64,000 nt of DNA, taken from positions 13,332,001-13,396,000 of the forward strand of contig NC_058383.1 of NCBI RefSeq assembly GCF_018350175.1, in the 5' to 3' direction. The notes under the pieces are model-generated. The model did not search any database and was not told the DNA's origin. It was given only the letters and a program-made list of their open reading frames with translations. The stretch comes from Felis catus. Taxonomy: Eukaryota. Position numbers and translations under genes: made by a program. How positions within the stretch are numbered: position 1 is the stretch's first letter; each line of letters starts with the position of its first letter. This document shows positions 35,751 to 47,850 of this stretch, piece by piece.

Positions 35751-37562
35751 ATCCTTTGGTTCTCAGCCTTGCTGTTAAATCCTTTAACACTACCAATGAG
35801 AGGAGGGAGTAGCAAATGTTTTAATTCTTCATTGCAGTTTTCAAATAATTCTGGCTCCCCAAAAATGCTTGTAGCTTACTAACCTGGCGGCCATCCTTAG
35901 CGGACCATTTTCACTTCCAAGTGGGGAGAAAAGACCATCTTCTGAGGGTCACCTCAGGGGGATCTGACTAAAGCATCCTTCCAGCAGCCCTGTGCCGACG
36001 CTTTCTGCCTTTTGGGTGGTGGTGCAGGTTGGTGACCTGTCACTAGTGATGCCCTTCAACTTCTCTCCTGCTTCCAGGGTAGAAGGCAGGTCGTGGCCGT
36101 TGTGAATAAGGGAAGCTTGAGTCCACTGTGTCCGCGACTCCATATTGAAGGAAATGGGAGAAATGAGGCCAGTGGTTTGATAAATTATATCAAAAATAGT
36201 TCCTTCATGCTAATGGAGTGTGAAGAAGCTGATGTACTGGAGATGATCTATAATATTTCATATTTCTCAGAGGAGAAAAATGATAAACTTGATGATGTGT
36301 GATTTATTCATGTTTCTCCAGATGAAGAAAAAAAATCCTAAAGTCAACTGCCTGTTTCTTGCTCCCAGAAGCTGGCTTGTGGATTTTACACTGGGATTGG
36401 AGGCTGGGCTTGTTTAGAGAAATGTCTAGAGAGACTTTGATTAATCACCAGACCTTTGGCAGTTGGTTGGGAGAGGGTAATTATGCCAGCATCGTTGCTA
36501 TTTTATCATCACTACTTTATGGCTCTACACCACCAGGTGACAAATGTGTTAATTATTACATTTCTTATCCCGGACTTTTCCCAGCTGCCCCTCCTCTCAT
36601 GGCTTTGGCCCTTAGTCCTTCCCCGCAGCTCAGCCCTGGACAGCGGTAACTTCAGCAATCAAAGAACTGTTCCTTGGAATCCATGCTGAGAGGGACGTGG
36701 TTATCAGCCCTGCTGTGTGCAGACTCTAACCACGGGGGATCTGGTTAATTCCCTTCCCTCTTCCTTCTGCCCATCACCCTTTGGGTCAAGTGCTGCTCAG
36801 AGCCAGAAGCTCTACTTGCTTCTTTAATAACTGAAAATGGCGCCTCTGGCCCAGGCCATTTCACTCTCAATAGCCCCCTGGAGGAGGTCAGAAACAGAGG
36901 TTTGTTGTAGGCAAAGCAATTTAGCAGGTAAAATTGTCCTTTTTCTTTTCCTTTCTTTTCTTTATGTATTTTCTCCCCATTCCCCTTTCCCGTACTGGCC
37001 ACGACCATGATAGGACTTCTCTTTACACAACCCCTACCCCACCTGGCCATTTCCTTACCAGACTAATCCTTCCCTTCATCATAGGCCACATGCCCTAATT
37101 GACCAAGAATGCAGTTAATACATGCAGTAACTTTATTTTTGTGATGATGTTAGTGAATACTAAAGGCTTAAGACTGACCTTTATAAGATAAATGATTTGC
37201 ATTTTAATAAGACTTTTGGAGATTCCTTATAAAGGCCTAGTAGAAGGATACTATTTGTGGATGTGGTGGAGAGTTTGGGCCTTCCAGAGAGTGTCGGGGC
37301 GTGCTTTATAAAGTGACCATTTTCTCCATGTTTGCAGGATCGGCCAAATGGTTGTATCTCTGAGATTATGGCTGCCCATCTGCCAGGATCCTTTTTCTAG
37401 TCTCAAGCTATACATTCAATTCTTTCAAATCTGCTATAGTTCCATTTATAGGCAGCACACTGGTGGTTTCAGGAAAACAGATTTCATTGTATAAATAGGT
37501 TTCATGTTCTTCTAGTGACTTAGAAATTTTATAGGCATCATGGAATGTGATCTGTGGATAAA

Positions 37563-38043
37563 TAATGGGGTTCAAGACATGTTTCCCCCAAATATGCCTT
37601 CTTGGCATATTGAATATTTCAAGCTGAAGTGTGTTGAGAGCAAGAAGGACTTTCTGACCTTCCCTGGAAGCAGGTCACAGACACTTCTGTGAGAGACACT
37701 CTTCTTGTAACTGGAGGAAAGAAGCCTCCTTATTCCTCAAAATGGGGGCACTCCCAGAGGAACCTGAGTAAATAGGCCTTGCTACATCTCCGCAGTTGAC
37801 TACACTGAGCTCACACCCTTGTCTTACCGCGTGTATCCATGACTTCCTACTCTTCATCCACCCTAGCGTAAAAATTACCCACGTTTAACCACTTGGGGCT
37901 TTCTCTTTTTTATGAAGGCCCCCACATCCCCTAATACGTTAAATAGATTTGTAGGTTTTTCTCTTGTTAATCTGTTTTTTGGTATAGGAGCCCAGCTGAG
38001 AATTTAGCAAGGAAAGAGGAGAAGATACTTTTCCTCCCTTATA
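37563..38043 (+). mobile_element. MER34/MER39-like ERV1 LTR
   Basis: Start ggggttcaagacatgtttccccaaatatgcc..ggcatattgaatatttcaagctgaag; internal taaataggccttgcta; end tttctcttgttaatctgtttttt..cttttcctcccttata. Confidence 0.85.
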
Positions 38044-38608
38044 GTTCCTGACAATCACACAGGGACAGGGAAAAGGGTGGGACACCCCACTTGTCCCAGA
38101 GACTACTGTTGAGGTCTGGGACAGTTGACAAAAAAACCAGCAGAAGGTAGGAATTCTTACCATGTCCGTTTCCTGGCTCTCTGGCTGTGGTACTCCGTTG
38201 AGAGAAGAAGGGAGAATTTTCCTCCTTGTCCCTTCCTTTCTAAATTCAGACCAGTGGGAGTAAAATATTATAATGAATACATGTGTATGTTTTTCTCTTA
38301 TAAATTTATCTTTTGTTACGCGGGCCCCAGCTGAAGAACTTAGATAGGTAAACAGAAAGGATGTTTTGGGGGTGCCTGGGTGGCTTCCTCAGTTAAGCGT
38401 TCGACTCTTGATTTCGCTCCAGGTCATGATCTCTTGGTTTGTGAGTTCGAGCCCCATGTCGGGCTCTGCACTGACAGCCCGAAGCCTGCTTGGGATTGAT
38501 TCTCTTTCTCCCTTTCTCTCTGCCCTCCTCCTGCTCATTCTGTCTCTCTCCCTCTCTGTAAGATAAATAAATAAAAATTTTTTAAAAAGATATTTTGTCT
38601 CCCTTATG
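38044..38608 (+). mobile_element. ERV1 leader (~38044-38270) followed by the 3' part of a second LTR (~38271-38608, split by a SINE)
   Basis: The leader follows the LTR directly and has a donor-like gaag|gtagga at 38147. Segments 38271-38367 and 38587-38608 repeat the first LTR's 3' end (tttttctctt, cccagctga, ctcccttat). Confidence 0.72.
38368..38586 (+). mobile_element. Can-SINE
   Basis: gggggtgcctgggtggc head, gagttcgagccc, (CT)n and aaataaataaa. Degenerate TSD aaaggatgttttg / aaagatattttg. Confidence 0.95.
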
Positions 38609-39964
38609 GCAGTTTGTCTGTCAATCCCTTTCTTTGGGACTGTGTGTGAGAGTTTGCCCCGTGTATATTTCCCATCTGCTTCAGGTAAGAACCAGCAAGC
38701 TGTGGCTGGCCGCCGCATCATTTGATGGTTCTCATGGAGTTAGAATAGAACATTGTGGTAAAGAGTGTGATCAGATATGACAATATTTAGAGGTTTAAGA
38801 TGAATTATATGGAGAGATAATTTATCAAAACTAATGTGGCCCAAAAAATTCCTTCTTCTAAAACTTTATTTTTTAAAAAAAGTGTACATATTCCATACAT
38901 AAACCAGTTTTGTGCGTTTCAACAGAAGTTTTGTTCTCTTGGAACCCAGACACCTGGTTTGGAGTATTAGATTTTATTCTTGTAATTTCCCTGCTTCTGT
39001 GCCTTAATTTCCTCAGCAGGAAACAGCGGTGGCGTTAATGTTAAATAGTCAAAGTATGAGCAGTGTTTTTGCATCAAGTGCCATTTAACTGACATTGTAT
39101 TTAACTTACTATTGTAGGAGCAATATTGTAAAAGTATTCGGTTCAGTAAATCATTTTCTCAGTTGACTTTGTGGTCACCGTCTTTTGCGTTTACTTACAG
39201 TCAAGAATTCCTTAGGGCTTGGTGTGGCAGGCAGAATCCCACAGAACAGTATTGTGGAGCCAGTATCTGCTGCTCTACACCTGCTGCCTTGCACAGCTTG
39301 AGAAACGCACCCCTCCCCCCGCCCCCACAAGTTTGCATGAAGTATTCTCACTAACTAACCTTGGAGTATGGGGAGTTTTCTTCTAGTGGTTCCCCAGGTA
39401 AAATGGCTTTGGGCCAAAGAAAGCTTCACAAACACACCTATAATCTAGCTGTACCATTTGTAACAGCTGAATGAACTGAAATTTAAAGAAGGAAGTTAAT
39501 AGGACAAAGAACTCAGTAGGTGTTTTGATGGAGAAGTATCTGTTCCAGTTTGGCCAGTGAGGGTGAGTGGTAGAGGGAAGTTCAGAAGAGTCAGATTTTC
39601 TTTAAGAAGCATATCATTTTCTCCTGTTACTTCAGTCTGCTGGTGATTTATCAATTCTTCCGTCAACAACTTTTCTTTGATTAAAAAAAAAAAAACAAAC
39701 CCTTTTGTTGTTATTGTTGGAGAGCCTATTCAAATAAGTATGATTATCATGCCTGACCTCAAGAAGAAATCCAGCTGGTTATACACCTCTCTTTTTAAAC
39801 AAGAATAGCCACAGAATATAAAAGTAACTCCCAAACTTGCCCCAGAGAAGGCAGGTGCCATGGCTGGAGGAAAAGCCTGTGCAGAGCTAGGGAAGGAATT
39901 TCTTGTTCTGACCTTCCATTCCTTCTGGAACTGAGGCATCACATCCTTTTCCCTCTGGCTGCTA

Positions 39965-40105
39965 AGCCTTTGTGCATTGTGTGTCTCTCCCAGGAGTCTG
40001 TAATCTAGTTGGTCGCATTTTTACATTCCCAGATTTTAGGACATGGCCTGGCCTTGTTTACATATGGTCAGTATGTATGCTTTTGAATGTCGAACGGGTA
40101 AATGA
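39965..40105 (+). mobile_element. L2 3' fragment
   Basis: gtgtctctccc..gtctgtaa, ttacattccca..ggacatggcctggc, cagtatgtatgcttttgaatg. Confidence 0.45.
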
Positions 40106-40539
40106 AGCGAAAGCTTTTCTGTATCGCTCTCTTTTTCTTGACTAGACAAAGTTTTGCCTGTTCTAAGGTTTGAGGCTTTTTTTTACCCTCTAATTTGTTA
40201 TCCAAAAGTTGGTACCAAAGAAGAAAAAAATGCCCTCATATTGATGTAGTGGCCAGAGACAAGACACGCCCTGGTGTCTTTGTCTTCCAAAAGTTAGAAG
40301 TGTGCATCTGAGGGGCCTGTGCCCTGGGAAAGTCCTTTCCTTACAATATTGAATTGCTTTTTTGAGGCTGAGCTGGAGGCTTGTACAGATTTTGGGGGGT
40401 ACTTCCTTTCTTTCAGGCCTATATTTTGACATAATCTATATTTACTCCAGATCTGTTCTTCTTAATTATAATTCATACACGAAAGTGAGATCCGTGTGTC
40501 TGCCACCAAATGTGACTATTAGATGCTTGTGAAATACTT

Positions 40540-40685
40540 GACTGTCTGATACCTTGTATTAGTTATTTATACATCTCTGTCACCTCCCATGGATTTTGAA
40601 CTTCCTGAAGTCATACTGTATTTATTGCTGGATCCTCCTTGTTTAGCACAGGGTGGCACATAGTAAACCCTTTATGAATTGATAC
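40540..40685 (+). mobile_element. L2 3' fragment
   Basis: atggattttgaacttcctgaagtca, gtttagcacagggtggcacatagtaaacc. Confidence 0.6.
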
Positions 40686-41349
40686 TAAGTATTGTGTGGG
40701 TATTCATTTCAATACCCTTGATACTTTCTTATCCATCAGGGACAGCAAATAATTCAAGCTGTAAAACTCAAAAGTTTGGGTTTGGGCCCAGACAACATTA
40801 AACCACTTTTTCTAACAGTCAGTAATTCATAATAAAATCAAGACCCTTTGAGGTCTTTTCTGGTGTGCAAGGCCACTTCTCTTACTATTTGTGATGGCAG
40901 AAGGATATACATCACATTATCTAAAGATTGAATGGATTATTGAATTGTGGCTTATCCAGAAAGAAGGGCTCAAGTGTGGCCATTTAGGGTTGAAAATCAG
41001 TCGTGAAGACATTTCTTTTCATTCTACTTTTGGAGATCATATTAGGACGAGCTTTTCAGAAGCATTTGTAATTTATGCTCAGACCTATGTAGTTTGGACC
41101 TTCAAGTCTTTCCATATGTGGAATCAAAGAAACACAAGAGTTGATTCATATGTGGGATGAGTTTCACATTATCCTTGGAATGGGTCATCGCTAGCAGCAT
41201 AGGGGTGCTTAGCCCCTGCTAGCTGGTGGAAACAGTATTGAGAGTGGGGCAGTGGGAGAGTTTATTGACGGAAAAAAGTATTTTATGAAGTATTATAATT
41301 TTTCATAAAAGCCATGGGTAAACATTGTTTTAGAAAATGAGGATTTCTA

Positions 41350-41562
41350 GGGGTGCCTGGGTGGCTCAGTTGGTTGAGTATCCAACTCTTGATTTTGGCT
41401 CAGGTCCTGAATCCCAGGTTTGTGGGATTGAGTCCCATGTCAGGAGCCTGGGTGGCTCAATTGGTTTAGCATCTGACTCTTGATTTCAGCTCAGGTCATG
41501 ATCCCAAGATCATGGGATTGAGCCCCGCATCAGCCCTGTGCTGATCGTGCAGCCTGCTTAAG

Positions 41563-41602
<40 letters not shown>

Positions 41603-41895
41603 GCACCTGGGTGGCTCATTCAGTTAAGTGTCTGACTTCAGCTCAGACCATGATCTTGTGGTTCATGAGTTTGAGCCCTGCATTGGGCTCTGTGCTGACA
41701 GTGTGGAGCCTACTTGGGATTCTCTGTCTCTCTCTCTCTCTCTTTCTCTTTCTCTCTCAAATAAATAAAAAATTTAAAAAAATTTTAAAAATTTTTTTAA
41801 ATTTTTAAAAAATCTTTAAAAAAAAATCATTTAAAAAAATCTCTCCCTCTTCTCCTCTCCCAAGCTCGCGCGCTCTCTCTAAAATAAAAGAAAAA
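41350..41895 (+). mobile_element. Composite Can-SINE: duplicated head (41350-41442, then 41443-41600), nested SINE (41601-41839), outer tail (41840-41895)
   Basis: Three cctgggtggctca heads. The outer element's CT-rich end and aaaataaaa resume after the inner element's tail. Confidence 0.92.
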
Positions 41896-43869
41896 GAACA
41901 GTGTTTATATTATCTATAGTGGTGTTTAGGATAACATTAAGGAACCATTGATCACTTTATACTTGATTTAAGACATATAGATATATGTATCAGATCATGC
42001 AGACATATGGAAAGAAATTAAGATAATTACCTATTAAGAATCATTTATTTTGGCTTCTGATTGAGATGTTTACATGAATCTCTTTCCCTTAAGACTTGTC
42101 TTTCGGGTGCATATAGACTGGATTATGCTTAAATTTTCATTTGGCCAAGTCTTTTCTCTTTGATTAAGAGGCTATCTCATGAAAAATGAGACTATGGTAA
42201 AGCAGTCATTCCAGCCTTGATTTTCCATGAGGGAAGATCTGTCACAGCTACTACTAATTCTGACATTAAAATCATCTGCGCTTATTAAAGTTAATGGATT
42301 CTTAGACTGCATAAATTTCAAAGCAGTCTTCTGTTGATATCAGACATCTGAGAATCAGAATGTACAGTAATGAGAGGAAGAAGAATATAGATCGTCAGAC
42401 GTGCTCAACCGGCCTTGTTTTGAAATCACATTAAAAACAAAAGGCACTTGCTAGTCCTTGTGCCAGGTAACTCGGAGATATCTTTGTAATATTAATGGAG
42501 ATCAGTGCCATTGGCTCATCATTACAACTGCCAGAATGACTTTCGTGTTTATCTAGTAAAGGGAAGGGGTCTAAAGCCTTGCACTTAAAATGATTCACTT
42601 GATAAAATCCAGGTTTTTGAAAAACACGTCATATTAAAACCCCCCAAATTAGTTAGCAGGTGATAAATGTTGCATTTACTTCCTTATCTCATCACACTCA
42701 TTAGCAATGGTGATGCACTGACAATTATTGAGTGCTATTACGTGCCAGGCACTTGCTAAGTGCTTCTAAATGGAGAGGGGTGAAACACTCACACCTTTGT
42801 TTTATTGAGAGGAGGATTTCATGAATCCATAACTGCTGCTTAATAGGAGCCAGGCTTGAAAGGCCAAGTATGTTAGAGAAGGTCTTTGAGGAGGGAGAGG
42901 AAGACCAGTGCTCTGGGAGGCACCCGGAGCCTGCTGAGGTGGATAGGGCTCTGAGATGGGGAGAACAATGCTGGGGATCATCTCCATCAGGAGAGTGGAA
43001 ATTAGTTGCATAACCTGTGAGTCAGTCTGAAATCAGCCGCCCCTCAGGTGTGGGCTTGAAGAAAAGAACTGTAGTGTTTGGGGACTGTACTGTGAGTGTA
43101 AAGAATGATAAAGGCTGAGCAGTGTGTCTTCTGTAGAACTTTCTCAAGAGCTTGGTGGGAGGCCGACTCTCCATGTTCTCTAACTGAGTTGTGCATTCTG
43201 TTGCTAGGGAATGCCAGCATTTCCTAGACTGTGGACATAAATGGGTGTTCTCTTTCCTTTATAAACTAGGTGTCTAAAAGTCTAGGGCTGTATTTCTCTT
43301 TATCTGTAGGGAAGGAAAGGCCCCTATGGAAAATTTTAAGTAAGCCAGAGATTTCCAAAAAAATGTAAGAGTTGTAGCAAGAACTGCCAGGGTCACTCAA
43401 CACAGTGATTACCCAGAGTAACTGATGTGAGGAGGACTGTGAGCTGTGCGTTGCAAAGATGACGTCACTGCCGCAGAAGGCAAGCTGCCTGCAGAGCCCC
43501 ACACCTCATTTCTCAGGAGAGTGTGCCTGTAAATGACCCTCCCAATTCTAATTAGATGATAATGAAGCAAAATGATGTGAACCGAAAACCAGAGAGGGAC
43601 ATCCTTTGGCCAATTCTTGGTGAATATGGAATTTGAGAAAGAGGACAGGAAATCCCAGAAGAGGAAAGCTGGGATTATAGTTTTGTTTGCTTTTTTGTTT
43701 GTTTGTTTTGCTGTGTATAAGCTCAATTCCCTAGTGGGCACTGAATTTTAGCCAGGAAATACTTGATTGCCAATTTCCTGAAGAAGGACAGATTCTTGTG
43801 TACATAAGCTTTGAAGCCAGATTAATGCCCATGATACCACCATTTGGGGGATAATCGATATATCTTTGT

Positions 43870-43990
43870 GAAAGGTTGTTTTGCCTGCTCAGATGTCCGT
43901 TTCTATACCTGAAAGATGGGTACAAATGCAGCTGTTGAGATACTAAATGAGATGATGTGTTCAGGGTTCCTGGCACTAAACAGGTACTCT
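43870..43990 (+). mobile_element. MIR fragment
   Basis: ccgtttctatacctgaaagatggg, gttgagatactaaatgagatgatgtgt, cctggcactaaacaggtactc. Confidence 0.6.
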
Positions 43991-45716
43991 GCCTTTCTCT
44001 TGAACACCATCAGAGCTCCTTTTATTCATTTCTTGGTGTTGAGAGACAGAGAGGAATTCTGACAGGTAGATCACCTGAGCTATTAGCTTTAACTTTTGGA
44101 AGGTGCTGATCCCCCAGCCATAGCGAGTGTACTGCTGTCCACTTGTTACTTCTCTGGTGAAGCAACTTACCGTAGAGAAGCCTGTGTCAGCATGAAGGAG
44201 TTAGCTGGTCCCAATCCAGTGCCAAATGTGGTTTGAGATGGACCGTTGTTAAGGATGTAGCTGAATTGCTCATGATGCTTAATATCCTTCAGAATGTTTA
44301 CATTGTGATATCTAGATCACTTCCGAGCACAGGAGACTACAGAGCAAAATGTTTGTTATGCACCTAATAAAGATCACCATGAGAAGGAATATTGCTTTTC
44401 CAGCTTGGCACTCTTTTCCTGCTATCATTTCCCTTTGCACTTTCTACCAGACCTGAGGCTTTAGCCAAAGATATGGTAATAAGTGTTGATTGGTATTTAA
44501 TCAAGTTAAAACCTTTGCTAGGTAATGCCTTGTAGGTTTTCTTCTGCCAAGGTGGACATTTGAATGGAATGAAAAATACTGTACATTAAGGAGTAAAGGG
44601 GGTACTCTTATTTTCTTTTAAAGATGATCATTAGTATTAAAACCATCTTTTCCCTGCCAATTGGCTCATCTCATCTCCTAGCAGCTGTTTTAAATTCCAT
44701 AATTGTCTACTGCTTACTCAGCGATCATTTCACAAATTTCCTCACTGCTACATTTTTTTACTGAACCAAATTCTGACAGTGGGGGTGTTGATCTCACAGG
44801 CTAGGCTGAGCTGAGTTCTGGTTACCCTTTTCCAGTTACAAGATTCGCTCTCATTAGACAGCATATTGTCATGGAGTGATAGGTCCCTAAAACTCATCGG
44901 AGGTGATTACCGTGGAAACGGGCATCTGGTGGAGCCTTGGGTTGCCAACTGGGTTACTTTTCTTTTCACTGATGTTGCTTGAATTCTCTTTAACCCAATA
45001 TAGCCTTTTCAAGACTTCTCAAAGAATGGGTGTTTACTCTAGGATTAACAGGATGCACACTCTTATGTAATTTTGTTACTTATAATTTAGCTCAGAATGA
45101 AGAACTTGAGCATTTTGACCATTGCCTTTTCATTCCAGTGTAATTAACCATTTCACACTTTGTTCAGTATATCGTATTTTCTGTTGAAGTACTGTAAAAT
45201 GTGTCCGTAAAGTAATATATACCCTTGAGATTAGATGGTCTGTTCTTTCCAGAAGCATCAACATAGCATATTCCTCAAGCATTAGGTTTAAGTACAATAT
45301 ATTATTGAAGCCTTATTGAATTGGAGATCAGATATTGTGCTTTCTGGTAGTGCAGTGATATGTCACATTGTATATGATGCTTCCATAATGTGATCCACCG
45401 CTTTCCTAGTGATGTGAAAGCTGGTAACGCAAGCCCAAGTTTTTGCTTATATTTTATTTCGTAGTCCTGCATTGCAGGAATATGCACTGTATAGTACAGC
45501 GTGGCTTGTTTTGTCATTGTTTTCTTGATTCATAGTTCAGTCATAAGATAATTAACAGATTTATTCAGATTTTTATGTTGCGTATGTTCTTGGCTCCCAT
45601 GTAAAGATAAGATCATTTGTAACTGTTTTAATTGTGCTAATTTAATAGTGAGTAGGCAATTTTTTTCATATAAAAACAGGCTAAGGAAGTGGTAATTGGG
45701 TTTATACACCTAGATT

Positions 45717-45825
45717 ATGTATTTTTTTCAGTTTGTTTGTTTGTTTGTTTATTTTTCAGTATCTGTACACCCAGCATGGGGCGCCAGCCAATGACCCTGA
45801 GATCCCTGAGCTGCCCAGATGCCCC
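45717..45825 (-). mobile_element. Short, internally deleted old Can-SINE
   Basis: (TTTG)n tail, tacacccagcatgggg, atgaccctgagatc, end cccagatgcccc. Flanked by acacctagatt repeats. Confidence 0.75.
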
Positions 45826-45841
45826 TTTCACACCTAGATTT

Positions 45842-46058
45842 AAAATTTTTTTTTTCAACGTTTATTTATTTTTGGGACAGAGCGAGACAGAGCCTGAACG
45901 GGGGAGGGGCAGAGAGAGAGGGAGACACAGAATCGGAAACGGTCTCCAGGCTCTGAGCCATCAGCCCAGAGCCTGACGCGGGGCTCGAACTCACGGACCC
46001 CGAGATCGTGACCTGGCTGAAGTCGGCTGCTTAACCGACTGCGCCACCCAGGCGCCCC
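45842..46058 (-). mobile_element. Young felid SINE (SINEC_Fc type)
   Basis: Near-consensus and CpG-rich, ending gactgcgccacccaggcgcccc. TSD acacctagattt at 45830-45841 and 46062-46073. Confidence 0.97.
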
Positions 46059-46079
46059 TATACACCTAGATTTTCAAAC

Positions 46080-46240
46080 ACTTGCTTTAACTGTGTGGTT
46101 TTGGGCAAATCATTTAACTTTAATTGTATGCTCACTATAAAAATCAGCCTGGTAATCCCTTCCTCAGAGTAATCTTGGGAAGATGAAAATGAAATCGTGG
46201 TGACAGTGTCCTATCACAGAGTTTATAACAGGTGCTAAAA
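46080..46240 (+). mobile_element. MIR fragment
   Basis: aactgtgtggttttgggcaaatcatttaact, ctcactataaaa, cttcctcagagt..gaagatgaaaatga. Confidence 0.7.
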
Positions 46241-47399
46241 AAAAAAATCCTGTGTTCCTTCCTTTCTTTCTGTGAGGAAGAGCATCTCTTTTATTGATTA
46301 GACTTTTGCCATCAAAGGGAAAAAAGATCCCTCTTATAAAAATTTCTTAGGGAATGCATAAATTCAGCACTGGCCTTCTAATTCTGACAAATAGAATATT
46401 GATTTTGAGTTCATCGCTGTAAATTTGCCAAATGAAATGAAAGGTTTATGCTATCCCTTTCAAGTCACTTCTGATATATCTTGAGCAAACAAAGTCTGTA
46501 TTTAATAGAAGTTTGCTAATTGGAGAGCTCTACTAACTCAACACAGATGTAGAAAGTGAGAAGCTGAGAGGCAGCCAAGGAACTAAAATGAGAGAGTAGG
46601 ATAAAAGCTGCCACTTTGTCACGCCTGCTAGGATGAACTTGAAACTGTCCGAGGCCTTAGTGCTGATTACCTTTAGCATGTTTAAACTCTTGCTTCTCAC
46701 TTGTCAGTGTAGAGAAGGGAGAATCCTATTGGTCTGAACATGTTACACTGTAGCAAGCTGAAAGCATACAGAAGGCATACAGAAACTCTGAAGGCGCTAC
46801 CTCCAGAGACTGCTGATGCTCCACATGGAATGTGGGCAGATGGAATTCTAATTGAAGGAGCAGAATGACACGGAGGGGGAATCGGGGTGTTAAAGGGAGG
46901 CTTCTCGCATTCGTCACCGTCTTACTTCTGTGTGAGCGTGAGAGTTCTGGCCTAGGGGCACAAAGCAAGCGTAGCTTGAGCCCTAGCAGAGCTAACATCA
47001 GGTGGATATTAGCGGTGCTCGGAGAGGAGAGGAAGAAGGCCAGAGGAGGAGCGTGCCATCAACCGCATGGGATTCTGTTAGTCCATATTGTAGTTAGGAA
47101 TGGCATCCCACTACCTTGGTCTTCCACGTGGACCAAGCCTCACTACATCCAGACCTGCCGTTGTAATGCCAAATCTGTCGTCTTTAAAGTCTGAAGGCAG
47201 CCTGCCTTGACAGTCAAAGACCTACAGAACCCTAAGCCTTTCTTGGTTTCTTGACACGATCTAGAAAATGTGTTCACATCTTACCAGATACCATGAGGGA
47301 AAATAACTGCTTTTGAAGTCACTAATGAGCAATAATTATAAGTCCGTGAAGTGAAAATGCAGACAGATGTAGATCTTGAACAAACATAGAGACTAAAAG

Positions 47400-47850
47400 A
47401 AACTAACACCTACTGAGTCCTTACTCACTGCCAGGCACAGTGCTAATACTTGGTTTGTAGCATTGTTTTTAATATTTCTTTTATTTTTCTTAATGTTTAT
47501 TTATTTTTGAGAGAGAGAGAGAGCACAAGCAGGAGAGGAGCCCAGAGAGAGGGAGACACAGAATCCGAAGCACGCTCCAGGCTCCGAGCTGTCAGCACAG
47601 AGCCCGACACGGGGCAACCCACAAGCCGTGACATCATGACCTGAGCCGAAGTCAGACCCTCAACCAACCGAGTCACTCAGGCGCCCCATATGTGCAGCAT
47701 TGTTTTTAAACCACACTACTGCCTTCTAAATTATGTCCTCATTTTATGGTATCAAGTTTGAGGTTTAGAGAGGTAAATAGCTTGCTCAAGGTCATATAGC
47801 TCATAAGCAACACAACTTAGATTTAAGGGCCAGCCATCTGATTTCAGAAC
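47400..47850 (-). mobile_element. MIR split by a SINE
   Basis: ctaacacctactgagtccttactcactgccaggcacagtgctaa ... gaggtttagagaggtaaatagcttgctcaaggtcatatagct. Confidence 0.8.
47472..47687 (-). mobile_element. Can-SINE (felid type)
   Basis: taatgtttatttatttttgagagagag, gacacagaatccgaagc, end caggcgcccc. TSD tgYagcattgttttt. Confidence 0.96.

Noticed and set aside
36078..36302. Good acceptor (ttctctcctgcttccag) followed by an open frame
   Set aside because: The peptide is unrecognised and I found no good donor before the stop.
36530..36543. CTCF-like CCACCAGGTGACA
   Set aside because: It mismatches a strongly conserved G of the core motif and cannot be supported without a PWM score or ChIP data.
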